Shown one piece after another: positions 19,871-28,235 of a DNA stretch of 64,000 bases; positions within the stretch are counted from its first letter, which is position 1; the number at the start of each line of letters is the position of its first letter. Location of the stretch: contig JBGATK010000002.1 in NCBI GenBank assembly GCA_044229265.1, positions 15,092 to 79,091 on the forward strand, written 5' to 3'. The notes beneath the pieces were generated by a model. That model worked only from the letters and a program-made list of their open reading frames with translations, was not told the DNA's origin and searched no databases. This DNA is from Minisyncoccia bacterium. GTDB lineage: Bacteria; Patescibacteriota; Minisyncoccia; Phycocordibacterales; UBA9973. Position numbers and translations under genes: made by a program.

Positions 19871-20686
19871 ATGAACGAATTACAAGCAATAAAAGAAATA
19901 GTAAAAGCAAATTCAACTGCAGTTTATCAAGATTCAGCACAACCATCTGTTCGTGTTTTAGGAAAGTCTTTAGCACAATGTGTTTCTTTGTTTGCAACAC
20001 CAATTGGTAGGATGGCTGAAATTTTTGAAAAGAATCTCTCACGCTATATTGATAAGTTGGAGGGTTTGTCGTCTGATCAAATCATATTACCAGAAACTAG
20101 AGTGTTAGTTCCAATTCTTGAACGGCTTCGTTATACAGATGACGAAGTAGTCGCTGATTATTATGCTCAAATATTAGCAACTGCTTCAACAACTGAAAAC
20201 GCAAAAAAAGTATCTGTTGCTTTTATTGAGATTCTTAATCGTTTATGTGCAGATGAAATTAGAGTACTTGAATTTATAAATTCACCAAATAATACAATGC
20301 TCCTAGAGAATGAAGCTAATGAAAAATATAATCTTTCACTTTTCGGTGTTTTACCGGTAATAAATATACATTTAAACTTAAAAGAAGGGGGTTATATTGT
20401 AGCCATAAAGAACTTAAATTATCTGACAGAAAAAATTACGCTTAATAATCCCGATAATTTAAATATGTATTTTGACAACATGATTGCATTAGGTCTTCTT
20501 TTGAAACCTGCAATGATAAGGGCTCATGATAATAATATTTATACATATATAAAGAAAAACCTTTTAATAAAAGAAGTTGAATCGAAACTTGCTGAAGGAC
20601 AAACAATTGATTATTCTGAAGCCAGGATAGAAACTACAGAGCTCGGTAAACAATTGTTGAATATTGCATCAAATAAAATAAAGTAG
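19871..20686 (+). CDS. DUF4393/Abi-alpha-like protein
   Basis: YQD.AQP.VR.LG, P...PILE.L.Y......YA.ILA.A, F.EIL..L..DE, C-terminal T.LG pattern. Confidence 0.65.
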   Translation: MNELQAIKEIVKANSTAVYQDSAQPSVRVLGKSLAQCVSLFATPIGRMAEIFEKNLSRYIDKLEGLSSDQIILPETRVLVPILERLRYTDDEVVADYYAQILATASTTENAKKVSVAFIEILNRLCADEIRVLEFINSPNNTMLLENEANEKYNLSLFGVLPVINIHLNLKEGGYIVAIKNLNYLTEKITLNNPDNLNMYFDNMIALGLLLKPAMIRAHDNNIYTYIKKNLLIKEVESKLAEGQTIDYSEARIETTELGKQLLNIASNKIK

Positions 20687-20813
20687 TAAAGACTGTCCTT
20701 GCTAAAAAAAGCCCCAGTAACCACTCCAAAATCGTTACGGTATAATAAAAATTATTAATTTTTAGGAGATTTTAATTTTTATGAATACAAAAATAAAGAA
20801 AAAATAGGTAAAG

Positions 20814-20987
20814 GTGAAGCATGATTATGTTTGCGGTGGGTGCGGGGAAGTGGCGGTTTATAATTTGCAGGATGCTTGGCATCTTTTTGATATAGATGAT
20901 AAGGGGGATTTTTCGGAAAGGAAAACTTGGGAGGGGAGAGAAAACGAATTTTGGTGTGAGGAATGTTTTGAAAATGAATTTGAATAA
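20814..20987 (+). CDS. Unannotated 57-aa acidic zinc-binding protein (CxxC...CxxC); in-frame ATG at 20781 is cut off by TAG at 20805
   Basis: GTG-start ORF VKHDYVCGGCGE...FWCEECFENEFE. Confidence 0.6.
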   Translation: MKHDYVCGGCGEVAVYNLQDAWHLFDIDDKGDFSERKTWEGRENEFWCEECFENEFE

Positions 20988-21006
20988 ATTATAGTATAAT
21001 AAATAA

Positions 21007-21525
21007 ATGACAAAATATATAGTATTTGTGGCAGCTATGCTTTTTATTGGTTTTATTTTTCCTATACTTAAAAAGAAATTAGAGGGCAAGGAAGAAAAAC
21101 CAGCTTTATCTAATTATTTTAATAGAAGAAAATTTTTGTTTGATGTAGCTTCAGAATTGAATTTTTATAAAATATTGATGGAATTATATGGTAATAATTA
21201 TAGAATATTTGCTCAAGTGCAATATAGTCACCTTGTAGAACCAAAGAAATCTTTATCTTTTGTAGAAAGTAGAAAATATAGAAATATGATTGATAGAAAG
21301 TCGGCTGATTTTGTGATTTGTGATAAGGATACTATAGCTCCGATCTTAGTAATAGAGCTCGACGGTAGTGTTCATTCCCAAGCTAAAGTAAGAATAAATG
21401 ATGAATTTAAAAACGAAATAACTAAAGTTGTGGATTTACCATTGCTTCGCATTAATGCTGAGAATATAGATAAAGAATATATAAAAAATAAAATAGATTC
21501 AATTATTTCTTCTCGATTAAATTAA
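21007..21525 (+). CDS. DUF2726 (PD-(D/E)xK-like) protein with N-terminal TM
   Basis: FAQV, K.ADFVICD, IELDG..H....DEFK, LPLLR. Confidence 0.85.
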   Translation: MTKYIVFVAAMLFIGFIFPILKKKLEGKEEKPALSNYFNRRKFLFDVASELNFYKILMELYGNNYRIFAQVQYSHLVEPKKSLSFVESRKYRNMIDRKSADFVICDKDTIAPILVIELDGSVHSQAKVRINDEFKNEITKVVDLPLLRINAENIDKEYIKNKIDSIISSRLN

Positions 21526-21625
21526 GAATTTATATAGACCATCCTTGCTACAAAATTACGAGAGGGGAATTAAAGTAAATAAAATGTTATAATAAACATT
21601 ATTAAATAAAATAAACTTAAAAAAT

Positions 21626-21778
21626 ATGCTTACAACTATTGCTTGGATATTAATAATACTTTGGATTATTGGGTTCGTTGGTTTTCATGTGGTGGGCTGG
21701 CTCATCCATGTACTCCTCGTCATCGCCGTGGTGATGTTCCTCATCCGCGTGATCAAGGGCAAGAAGCCTTTTAGTTAA
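21626..21778 (+). CDS. Unannotated 50-aa Lmo0937-like (DUF5670) membrane protein
   Basis: MLTTIAWILIILWIIGFVGFHVVGWLIHVLLVIAVVMFLIRVIKGKKPFS. Confidence 0.8.
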   Translation: MLTTIAWILIILWIIGFVGFHVVGWLIHVLLVIAVVMFLIRVIKGKKPFS

Positions 21779-21790
21779 AAAGTTATAAAT

Positions 21791-22528
21791 ATGAATAAAA
21801 AAATTTTATGGAGTGTTCTCATAATAGCTTTGGTGGGGGTAGGAGTATACTTCATGTTTAAATCTTTGCCAAAAGAGGACGAGGTGGTAGACGTAGTGCC
21901 AAAGAGCAAAGAGCCTGTGGAGCTTTGTTTTGGCTTGTTTACACCTGTAAATGAGCGGGGGTTTTCGGATAAATATACTTTGCGCATGTTGCTCGATAAT
22001 GAAAAAGGCAAAGTGGCTGGTGAGCTAAATTTTTTGCCAGGAGAAAAGGATTCGAAAGTGGGAAAGTATGAAGGCACTGTAACTGCGGTGGACAGAACAT
22101 CCATGTCTCGCACCATAGATGCCGTGTGGGATACTTTTGGTGAAGGGATAAATGCGAAAGAAGAAATAAAAATAATTTTTGGTGAGGGTACGGCAAGCAT
22201 CGGTGCAGGCGAGCTAGTGGATAAAGGAGATGGTGTGTATAGATACAAAGACCCAAAAAATTTGCAGTACGGATTGAACTTGTCAGACATAGCTTGCAAT
22301 GACCTAGTGGTAAGGAAAAATATAGAGGAATATTTGAAAAAAAATATTTCTACTCTTTCTCCTGTAAAGGCAGTACTGGGTGGCTCTTGGTATGTGATAG
22401 GGGTGAGCACAGATCTCGCAAAGAAATCCGGCATAGTAGTGTATGAAGACGGGCATATTCAAGAAAAGAGAGAATTTAATTATGAAATTTCTGAATTAGG
22501 GGAAGTAAATAATTTAAAAATAAAATAG
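21791..22528 (+). CDS. Membrane-anchored hypothetical extracellular protein
   Basis: N-terminal TM; C-terminal LSP...LGG.WYV...YEDGH segment. Confidence 0.65.
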   Translation: MNKKILWSVLIIALVGVGVYFMFKSLPKEDEVVDVVPKSKEPVELCFGLFTPVNERGFSDKYTLRMLLDNEKGKVAGELNFLPGEKDSKVGKYEGTVTAVDRTSMSRTIDAVWDTFGEGINAKEEIKIIFGEGTASIGAGELVDKGDGVYRYKDPKNLQYGLNLSDIACNDLVVRKNIEEYLKKNISTLSPVKAVLGGSWYVIGVSTDLAKKSGIVVYEDGHIQEKREFNYEISELGEVNNLKIK

Positions 22529-22544
22529 ATATAATATAAAATAT

Positions 22545-22952
22545 ATGAGCAACACAAACAATTGGTATAGCACTCTCATAAAGCCTTCGTTTGCACCACC
22601 TTCATGGCTTTTTGGTCCAGTCTGGACTGTGCTTTATGCTATTATCGCTATTTCTTTCGGTACTGTGTTTTATAAAGCATTTACTAAACAAATTCCATGG
22701 ATGGTGGCACTGCCTTTTGTGCTAAATTTAATTTTTAATTTTTCTTTTACTTATTTTCAATTTGGTTTAAAGAATAATCTTCTGGCATCTATTGATATTT
22801 TGCTCGTCGTCGGCACTCTAGTTTGGGCACTCTATGCGGTTTGGCACAATGTGCCCGAGCTACGTTGGGTAGCTTATGTAAATATCCCATATCTTTTGTG
22901 GGGAAGTTTCGCCACTGTCCTCCAATTAACCATAACTTACTTGAATAAATAA
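22545..22952 (+). CDS. tspO: TspO/MBR tryptophan-rich sensory protein
   Basis: WY..L.KP.FAPP.W.FGPVW..LY; PYL.W..FA. Confidence 0.92.
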   Translation: MSNTNNWYSTLIKPSFAPPSWLFGPVWTVLYAIIAISFGTVFYKAFTKQIPWMVALPFVLNLIFNFSFTYFQFGLKNNLLASIDILLVVGTLVWALYAVWHNVPELRWVAYVNIPYLLWGSFATVLQLTITYLNK

Positions 22953-22953
22953 T

Positions 22954-23352
22954 ATGTTTATCAAATTATACGCAATTGCTTTATCAGTTTTCTTTGCCAT
23001 CGATATGTTTTGGCTTGGAATTATCGCGAAAAATTTTTATCGTATACAAATAGGTCATCTCATGAAATCAGATGTAAATTGGACGGCAGCCATTATTTTT
23101 TATTTGATTTTTATTGTTGGGCTTGTAGTGTTTGTTATTTCTCCTGCCGTGGAAAAAAATTCTTGGATGCATGCACTCCTCTTTGGTGCGCTTTTTGGTT
23201 TGGTTTGTTATGCCACTTATGACCTTACGAATTTAGCAGTAGCTAAGGATTGGCCTCTTTTGGTAACTATTGTGGATCTAATATGGGGCGCAGTTTTGGC
23301 GGCCTTGGTTTCTGTCATCACATATTTTATTGCAATTAAAATTGGCTTATGA
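22954..23352 (+). CDS. DUF2177 family membrane protein
   Basis: ID..WLG......Y, GL..YATYDLTNLA...W....VD..WG. Confidence 0.85.
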   Translation: MFIKLYAIALSVFFAIDMFWLGIIAKNFYRIQIGHLMKSDVNWTAAIIFYLIFIVGLVVFVISPAVEKNSWMHALLFGALFGLVCYATYDLTNLAVAKDWPLLVTIVDLIWGAVLAALVSVITYFIAIKIGL

Positions 23353-24113
23353 ATTATTATCTAACTCTAATTTTAATACTTTTTGTTTACATGAGCCTAT
23401 GGTTTGTAGTTTCTTTGATTAAAAAAAGAAATGATGTAGCCGATGTGGCTTGGGGTTTGGGCTTTGTGCTTTTGGCTTGGGTATCTTTTTTTCTGGTGCC
23501 AGATTTTGGCATAAGGGGGCTTTTGGTAAATATTTTGGTTAGCATTTGGGGACTCCGTTTAGCTTGGCATATCCATTCTCGCAACAAAGGCAAGGCAGAG
23601 GATTATAGGTATCTAGCTTGGCGCAATGAATGGGGCAAATATTTTTACATTCGTTCGTATTTTCAAGTTTATCTTTTGCAGGGGTTTTTATTATTTTTGA
23701 TTGTTTTACCTGTGCTACTGATTAATCAAAGTTCTGCTTCTGCTTTAAATTATCTCGATCTTGTCGGTGTATTAGTTTGGATTTTCGGTTTTTATTTTGA
23801 AGTAGTTGGCGATGCCGAGCTTGCAAAGTTTATCAAAAATCCTGCAAATAAAGGCAAACTTATGCAGAGCGGACTTTGGGCATACACTCGCCATCCAAAT
23901 TATTTTGGTGAAGTAGTGCAGTGGTGGGGGATTTGGCTTATCGCACTTTCTATTCCTACGGGCTTCTTTTCAATTATCGGTCCACTTACAATTACTTTCC
24001 TCATACTTAAAGTTTCCGGTATACCTATGCTTGAAAAGAAAATGGCCGAGCATCCTGATTTTGCAGAATACAAAAAGAGGGTAAGTGTATTTTTCCCATT
24101 TAAGCTTTTTTGA
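23349..24113 (+). CDS. DUF1295 family (steroid 5-alpha reductase-like) membrane protein
   Basis: D..WG, WG.RL, EDYRY, GLW.YTRHPNYFGE. Confidence 0.9.
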   Translation: MNYYLTLILILFVYMSLWFVVSLIKKRNDVADVAWGLGFVLLAWVSFFLVPDFGIRGLLVNILVSIWGLRLAWHIHSRNKGKAEDYRYLAWRNEWGKYFYIRSYFQVYLLQGFLLFLIVLPVLLINQSSASALNYLDLVGVLVWIFGFYFEVVGDAELAKFIKNPANKGKLMQSGLWAYTRHPNYFGEVVQWWGIWLIALSIPTGFFSIIGPLTITFLILKVSGIPMLEKKMAEHPDFAEYKKRVSVFFPFKLF

Positions 24114-24357
24114 TAAATTCGGTTTTGAGGACAATACCTTTCATGCCATCTATACTGCACTCTATTAAACCTTCTTCGTCAGTAAGGCGGATGTTTTTGG
24201 CTTTAGTGCCTTGTTTTATGACAGTATTGCTACCTTTTAATTTTAAATCTTTAACTAAAATAATACTGTCGCCATTTGCCAAAATATTGCCATGAGCATC
24301 GCGCTCTATTATTTCTTCTTCTATTTCATCATCTTTATCTTCTTCATTTTTATTCAT
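24100..24357 (-). CDS. PhnA/YjdM C-terminal domain protein
   Basis: DAHGNIL.NGDS..LVKDLKLKG....KQGTK.KNIRL...LKTEF.KK. Confidence 0.88.
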   Translation of the reverse strand: MNKNEEDKDDEIEEEIIERDAHGNILANGDSIILVKDLKLKGSNTVIKQGTKAKNIRLTDEEGLIECSIDGMKGIVLKTEFIKKA

Positions 24358-24404
24358 AATCAGAGTATATAATGAGACGTATAAAAATGCTATACTCTTT
24401 GATA

Positions 24405-24635
24405 ATGTATATCAAAGTCAAAGTAAAAGCGGGGCAGAATAAAGAGGAAGTAAAAAAAGTAAATGAAAATACTTTTGATATTTCGGTAAAAGAAAAAGCA
24501 AAAGGCAATATGGCAAATACTCGTGTGATAGAGCTCGTAGCAAAGGAGCTCAAGGTAAAAGATGGTAAAGTCCGTATTATAAATGGGCATCATCATCCGA
24601 GCAAATTAATATCTATAAATCAGGATACGGAATAA
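24405..24635 (+). CDS. DUF167/YggU family protein
   Basis: VKVKAG, VKE.A..N.AN, IING. Confidence 0.8.
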   Translation: MYIKVKVKAGQNKEEVKKVNENTFDISVKEKAKGNMANTRVIELVAKELKVKDGKVRIINGHHHPSKLISINQDTE

Positions 24636-24675
24636 AATTATTTTTTAAGATATTATAAAGTGTTATAATATTCTT

Positions 24676-25176
24676 ATGATTAAAAAAGCGTATTTAGCAG
24701 GAGGGTGCTTTTGGGGGCTCGAAGAGCTTTTTCGCACACAAAAGGGCGTACTGAATATCGACGCAGGGTATACGGGTGGTAGCGTGGAAGCACCTACTTA
24801 CATGAATCACGATGGACATGCCGAAGCATTAGAAATAACTTATGACGACATGCAAACAGATTTTTGGCACCTCTTAGATTTCTTTTTTCAAATTCACAAT
24901 CCAACTACACTAAACAGGCAAGGCAATGATATAGGTACGAGTTATCGTTCTGCAATATTTTATCAGAATGATGAGGAAAAAAAGCAGGCCGAAGATTTTA
25001 TAAAAATCGTGAACGATAGCAAGAGGTGGCCGGATCCTGTGGCGACGACTCTTGAGCCTTTTACAAAATTTTACAAAGCCGAAGAATACCATCAGGATTA
25101 TTTGCAGAAAAATCCTGGTGGCTATACTTGCCATGCGATATATTTCGATTCGTACTTAAAAGATGAAAAAAGTTAA
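24676..25176 (+). CDS. msrA: Peptide methionine sulfoxide reductase A
   Basis: [37 protein letters not shown]. Confidence 0.97.
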   Translation: MIKKAYLAGGCFWGLEELFRTQKGVLNIDAGYTGGSVEAPTYMNHDGHAEALEITYDDMQTDFWHLLDFFFQIHNPTTLNRQGNDIGTSYRSAIFYQNDEEKKQAEDFIKIVNDSKRWPDPVATTLEPFTKFYKAEEYHQDYLQKNPGGYTCHAIYFDSYLKDEKS

Positions 25177-25269
25177 GTCACAAATTTATAAATTATCATT
25201 TCTCGCCCGCCCGTAGCCTTGGCGAAGGAGGGCCATGCGATATATTTCGATAGTTATTTAAAATAAAAA

Positions 25270-25776
25270 ATGAAAAAAGTTGTAAAGGTAAATAATATAA
25301 TGCAAAAAGGGTATAAATATTTCCTGACTGAAAAGGTGGGTGAGAATTTCCACCCAGATTTTCGGCCAGACTTGAGTCCAAAAGAAATGCTAGACCTCGG
25401 TATCTTTGGTGGGCTTTATTTTTCTGACAAACCTTCCGAGTATCCAAAGAATTGGTTTAATGGAGGGAAAATTTCGCCGGACAAAAAACGCCACAAAGAG
25501 CTCAACTTTTTTGGCGTGAATGCCAGTCAGCCACTAGCCGTATGGCAGAAGAAGGGTTGGATTCACAAACAGGATCCGCATGGTTGGTTTGAATGGTATT
25601 GTCGCTATTATATGGGGCGAAGGTCAGATGATGATACTCGGCAGATCAAGCGCTGGGGTGCTATGCGCCGGCACGTAATGCAAATCAAAAATAATTGCCG
25701 AAAGGGAGATATTTTTTGTCGGCCTCGTCAAAGGCAAGCACTCCTGCATTGGGCTTATGATTCGAGGAAACTTTAA
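25270..25776 (+). CDS. Conserved hypothetical Trp/Arg-rich protein
   Basis: P..ML.LG.FGG.Y, W..KGWI...DP.GWFEWYCRYY.GRR..DD.RQI.RW, RQALLHWAYD. Confidence 0.75.
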   Translation: MKKVVKVNNIMQKGYKYFLTEKVGENFHPDFRPDLSPKEMLDLGIFGGLYFSDKPSEYPKNWFNGGKISPDKKRHKELNFFGVNASQPLAVWQKKGWIHKQDPHGWFEWYCRYYMGRRSDDDTRQIKRWGAMRRHVMQIKNNCRKGDIFCRPRQRQALLHWAYDSRKL

Positions 25777-25792
25777 CTTATAGAAAATCTTT

Positions 25793-26128
25793 ATGAAAAA
25801 AGTAAATAAGAAAAAAGTTTTTAAATTTAAAAGCAAGGTTGTCGTGTGGGCAGGGGGTAATTACAATGAGGCAAAAAAGGCAGGCGCTTGGCGTATGGCT
25901 TTTTTGCCGAAAGATATTGGCGCAAAAATTTCTGAAATACAAAAAGGTAAAAAGCGTAGAGGCTGGGGCGCTGTGTATGTAAATGCCCGTGTAGGAAAAA
26001 GTATTTGGAAAACTTCTATTTTCCCAGACAAGCGTTCAAGCACATATATATTGCCACTTAAAAAAGAAATCCGTTATGAGGAAAATTTATACGACGACGC
26101 TACTTTTGATTTCATTATTGAAATATAA
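25793..26128 (+). CDS. DUF1905 family protein
   Basis: RGWG.V.V.A.VG...WKTSIFP....Y.LPLKK..R. Confidence 0.8.
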   Translation: MKKVNKKKVFKFKSKVVVWAGGNYNEAKKAGAWRMAFLPKDIGAKISEIQKGKKRRGWGAVYVNARVGKSIWKTSIFPDKRSSTYILPLKKEIRYEENLYDDATFDFIIEI

Positions 26129-26288
26129 AAATATAAATAAAAAAAGCCAGCTTATTGGGGTAAACCCATTATGCTGGCTTGAGCAAGTGCTCTACTATCA
26201 AGGTTGAATCTTGTGTGGGAAGATGACTTTATGATTACTTAATTCCACGGCATGCTCTTTTATTTCCGTAGCATCTACATGCCATGTA

Positions 26289-26768
26289 TTATTTTTTTTT
26301 CGTTACCCATAATGCAAAATATAACATTTCTGGATTTTCTCCTTTGCTCATGTATTTGTAAAAAAATACACTTTGTTCATCAGAAAGGAAAAATATTCCG
26401 TCCATTTTTTCTCTGCTGTAGTAGATAGCATGATCGAGGTTTAAGTAAAAATAATCACTGAGAGTCAATACACCTTTTTCTTCCCAAAGGGAATAGGTGG
26501 GATATATTTCTCTTACCCCAGAGAAGTAATGCTCCCCAGATAATATTCGGGGTAAGAAATTTTTAGTCCAACCGGGCTCAAATTCGAGTGAAAGCGATCT
26601 TGCTGTAGGTAATTCAAAAAAGTAGTATATCTCACTTAAAAAAAGTGTATCCTCGTTTTTTTCTGTAGCGAGAGTGTCTTCTCTAATAGTGTAATTCGTA
26701 AATACTTGGCTTTTCCCTTGAATCAAAGTCCAAAGAAAAATCAAAAAAAGTATAAGCATTTTTTTCAT
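26289..26768 (-). CDS. Secreted hypothetical protein (ORFan) with Bacteroidota-style signal peptide
   Basis: MKK + hydrophobic core + GKS-Q; own promoter-like region and terminator hairpin 26141-26180. Confidence 0.55.
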   Translation of the reverse strand: MKKMLILFLIFLWTLIQGKSQVFTNYTIREDTLATEKNEDTLFLSEIYYFFELPTARSLSLEFEPGWTKNFLPRILSGEHYFSGVREIYPTYSLWEEKGVLTLSDYFYLNLDHAIYYSREKMDGIFFLSDEQSVFFYKYMSKGENPEMLYFALWVTKKK

Positions 26769-26872
26769 ATTTAGTTGTTGAAGGTGAAGAATATTTGCCT
26801 TTAGATTAACACACTAGCTCCAAAAAGCAAATTTCTTTATTTTAGAATTTTTTTGTTATAATACTCTTTTAT

Positions 26873-27553
26873 ATGGCAATAAAATTTTTACAATTAAATA
26901 TCGAGACGAATAAACATTTGGAGCGTATCATACCTTTTCTCGAGAAAGAAAATTTTGACGTTATTTGTTTTCAAGAAATTTACGAGAATGATGCAAAAAT
27001 GTTGGCTGAAAAATTTAACTTACATTTATGTATGGGCAAAGAGCTTTTGTGTAAAGGTGATAGCAAGGCAATATTTTCAAAACACCCATTTGTAAAAACT
27101 ATGGAATACCACCTCTGGCAAGGCGATCATCGTTACCATTTAAAAAATGAATCTTTTTCTTTACTCGAAGCACATATATCAGAGGAAGGCAGAGAATACA
27201 CATTTCTTACTACACATTTACCGGTATCATATCCTGGCAATATTATCGCCGATTATCAATTAGAGTGTTATAAAGCTTTGAAGTCGATTTTAGAAAAAGA
27301 GCAGAATTTACTTTTTACTGGCGACCTAAATTCCCCACGAGGAACTTTTATTTTTGATGATTTAGCGAGTTTTTTGGTGGATAATGTGCCAGTAAATTTA
27401 GATTCTACCTTAGATCCAAATTTACACAGAACAAAAGGTGAATTTAAATACGTAGTAGATGGGGTTTTTTCAAAAGGTGATCATCAGGTATCAGGAATTT
27501 CTATTCATGAAGGTCTTAGTGACCATAAAGCTATATCTGGAAAATTAGAATAA
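26873..27553 (+). CDS. Endonuclease/exonuclease/phosphatase (EEP) family protein
   Basis: QLNI, DVICFQE, THL, GDLN, VD, SDH motifs. Confidence 0.9.
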   Translation: MAIKFLQLNIETNKHLERIIPFLEKENFDVICFQEIYENDAKMLAEKFNLHLCMGKELLCKGDSKAIFSKHPFVKTMEYHLWQGDHRYHLKNESFSLLEAHISEEGREYTFLTTHLPVSYPGNIIADYQLECYKALKSILEKEQNLLFTGDLNSPRGTFIFDDLASFLVDNVPVNLDSTLDPNLHRTKGEFKYVVDGVFSKGDHQVSGISIHEGLSDHKAISGKLE

Positions 27554-27634
27554 ACCTATAGATTTATTTGCTTTTTTTGAGAATTGTAGTAATATATTTT
27601 GGAATGTTTTTTCTTTAACCCTTAATCTTTTAAG

Positions 27635-27904
27635 ATGTCAGACAGAAAAATTGATTACGCAAGTCTTGTTTCATCTACAACAAGTATTCCAATTCTAAAA
27701 ACACCCGAAAGTGTAAAACAAACTTTATTAAAAGAAAATCCAGGGATAGAGTTTCCCCAGTTTTCACGATTTTTTATTTCAGATAAAAACGCAGTACCAA
27801 AAGGAGCACAAGTTTTTAAAGATTTGAAGTATATGAATAGAACTTATGATCTTCATTTTGTAAAAAAAGATGAATCTAATAATATTCTATATATTGTGAA
27901 ATAA
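27635..27904 (+). CDS. Hypothetical protein
   Basis: 89-aa ORF with upstream promoter-like sequence and downstream terminator. Confidence 0.5.
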   Translation: MSDRKIDYASLVSSTTSIPILKTPESVKQTLLKENPGIEFPQFSRFFISDKNAVPKGAQVFKDLKYMNRTYDLHFVKKDESNNILYIVK

Positions 27905-28023
27905 TATTTGCGCGAAGCGACCTGCCCGAAATAGTCGTCGGAGTTAGCGGGGAACTAAGCGTTTATAAAGCCGGACTGTTGTTCGGCTTTTTTTATTTTA
28001 ATAATTGTTAATTTTTAAAAAAG

Positions 28024-28032
28024 TTATCCACA
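28024..28032 (+). promoter_or_regulatory. DnaA-box consensus
   Basis: TTATCCACA exact match; also at 42546 and 50976. Confidence 0.55.
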
Positions 28033-28071
28033 TATATGTTTGCACATGTATATAATAGGTATATTATTGTA

Positions 28072-28183
28072 TATGAGGTTTGGAAGTTTGAAGAGTGGTA
28101 CTGCAAGGGAATACTCTTAATACGCAAGTATTAATAGCACTTGTAAGCCTCACAAAGAATATCCGCGCAAGCGGGTTTTTTTT
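28072..28183 (+). ncRNA. Candidate orphan structured ncRNA (multi-stem junction, three GCAA tetraloops)
   Basis: TGAGGTTT/AAGCCTCA closing stem, AAGAGT/ACTCTT stem, TTAATAC-GCAA-GTATTAA, terminator CCGC-GCAA-GCGG + T tract; upstream TTGCAC/-10-like elements. Confidence 0.55.
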
Positions 28184-28235
28184 GTTTTAGGGTGTTTTTT
28201 AAAATCTATATTTTAAATTTGTTATAATTATTCAC

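Noticed and set aside
20781-20813. Stop-codon reassignment suggested by the in-frame TAG
   Set aside because: TAG and TGA terminate other genes normally (rnj, the TetA-like gene, the transposase), and long genes are intact under code 11.
26235-26285. 16-aa Cys-rich minus-strand ORF (MACRCYGNKRACRGIK)
   Set aside because: Too short and without supporting signals to distinguish it from chance.
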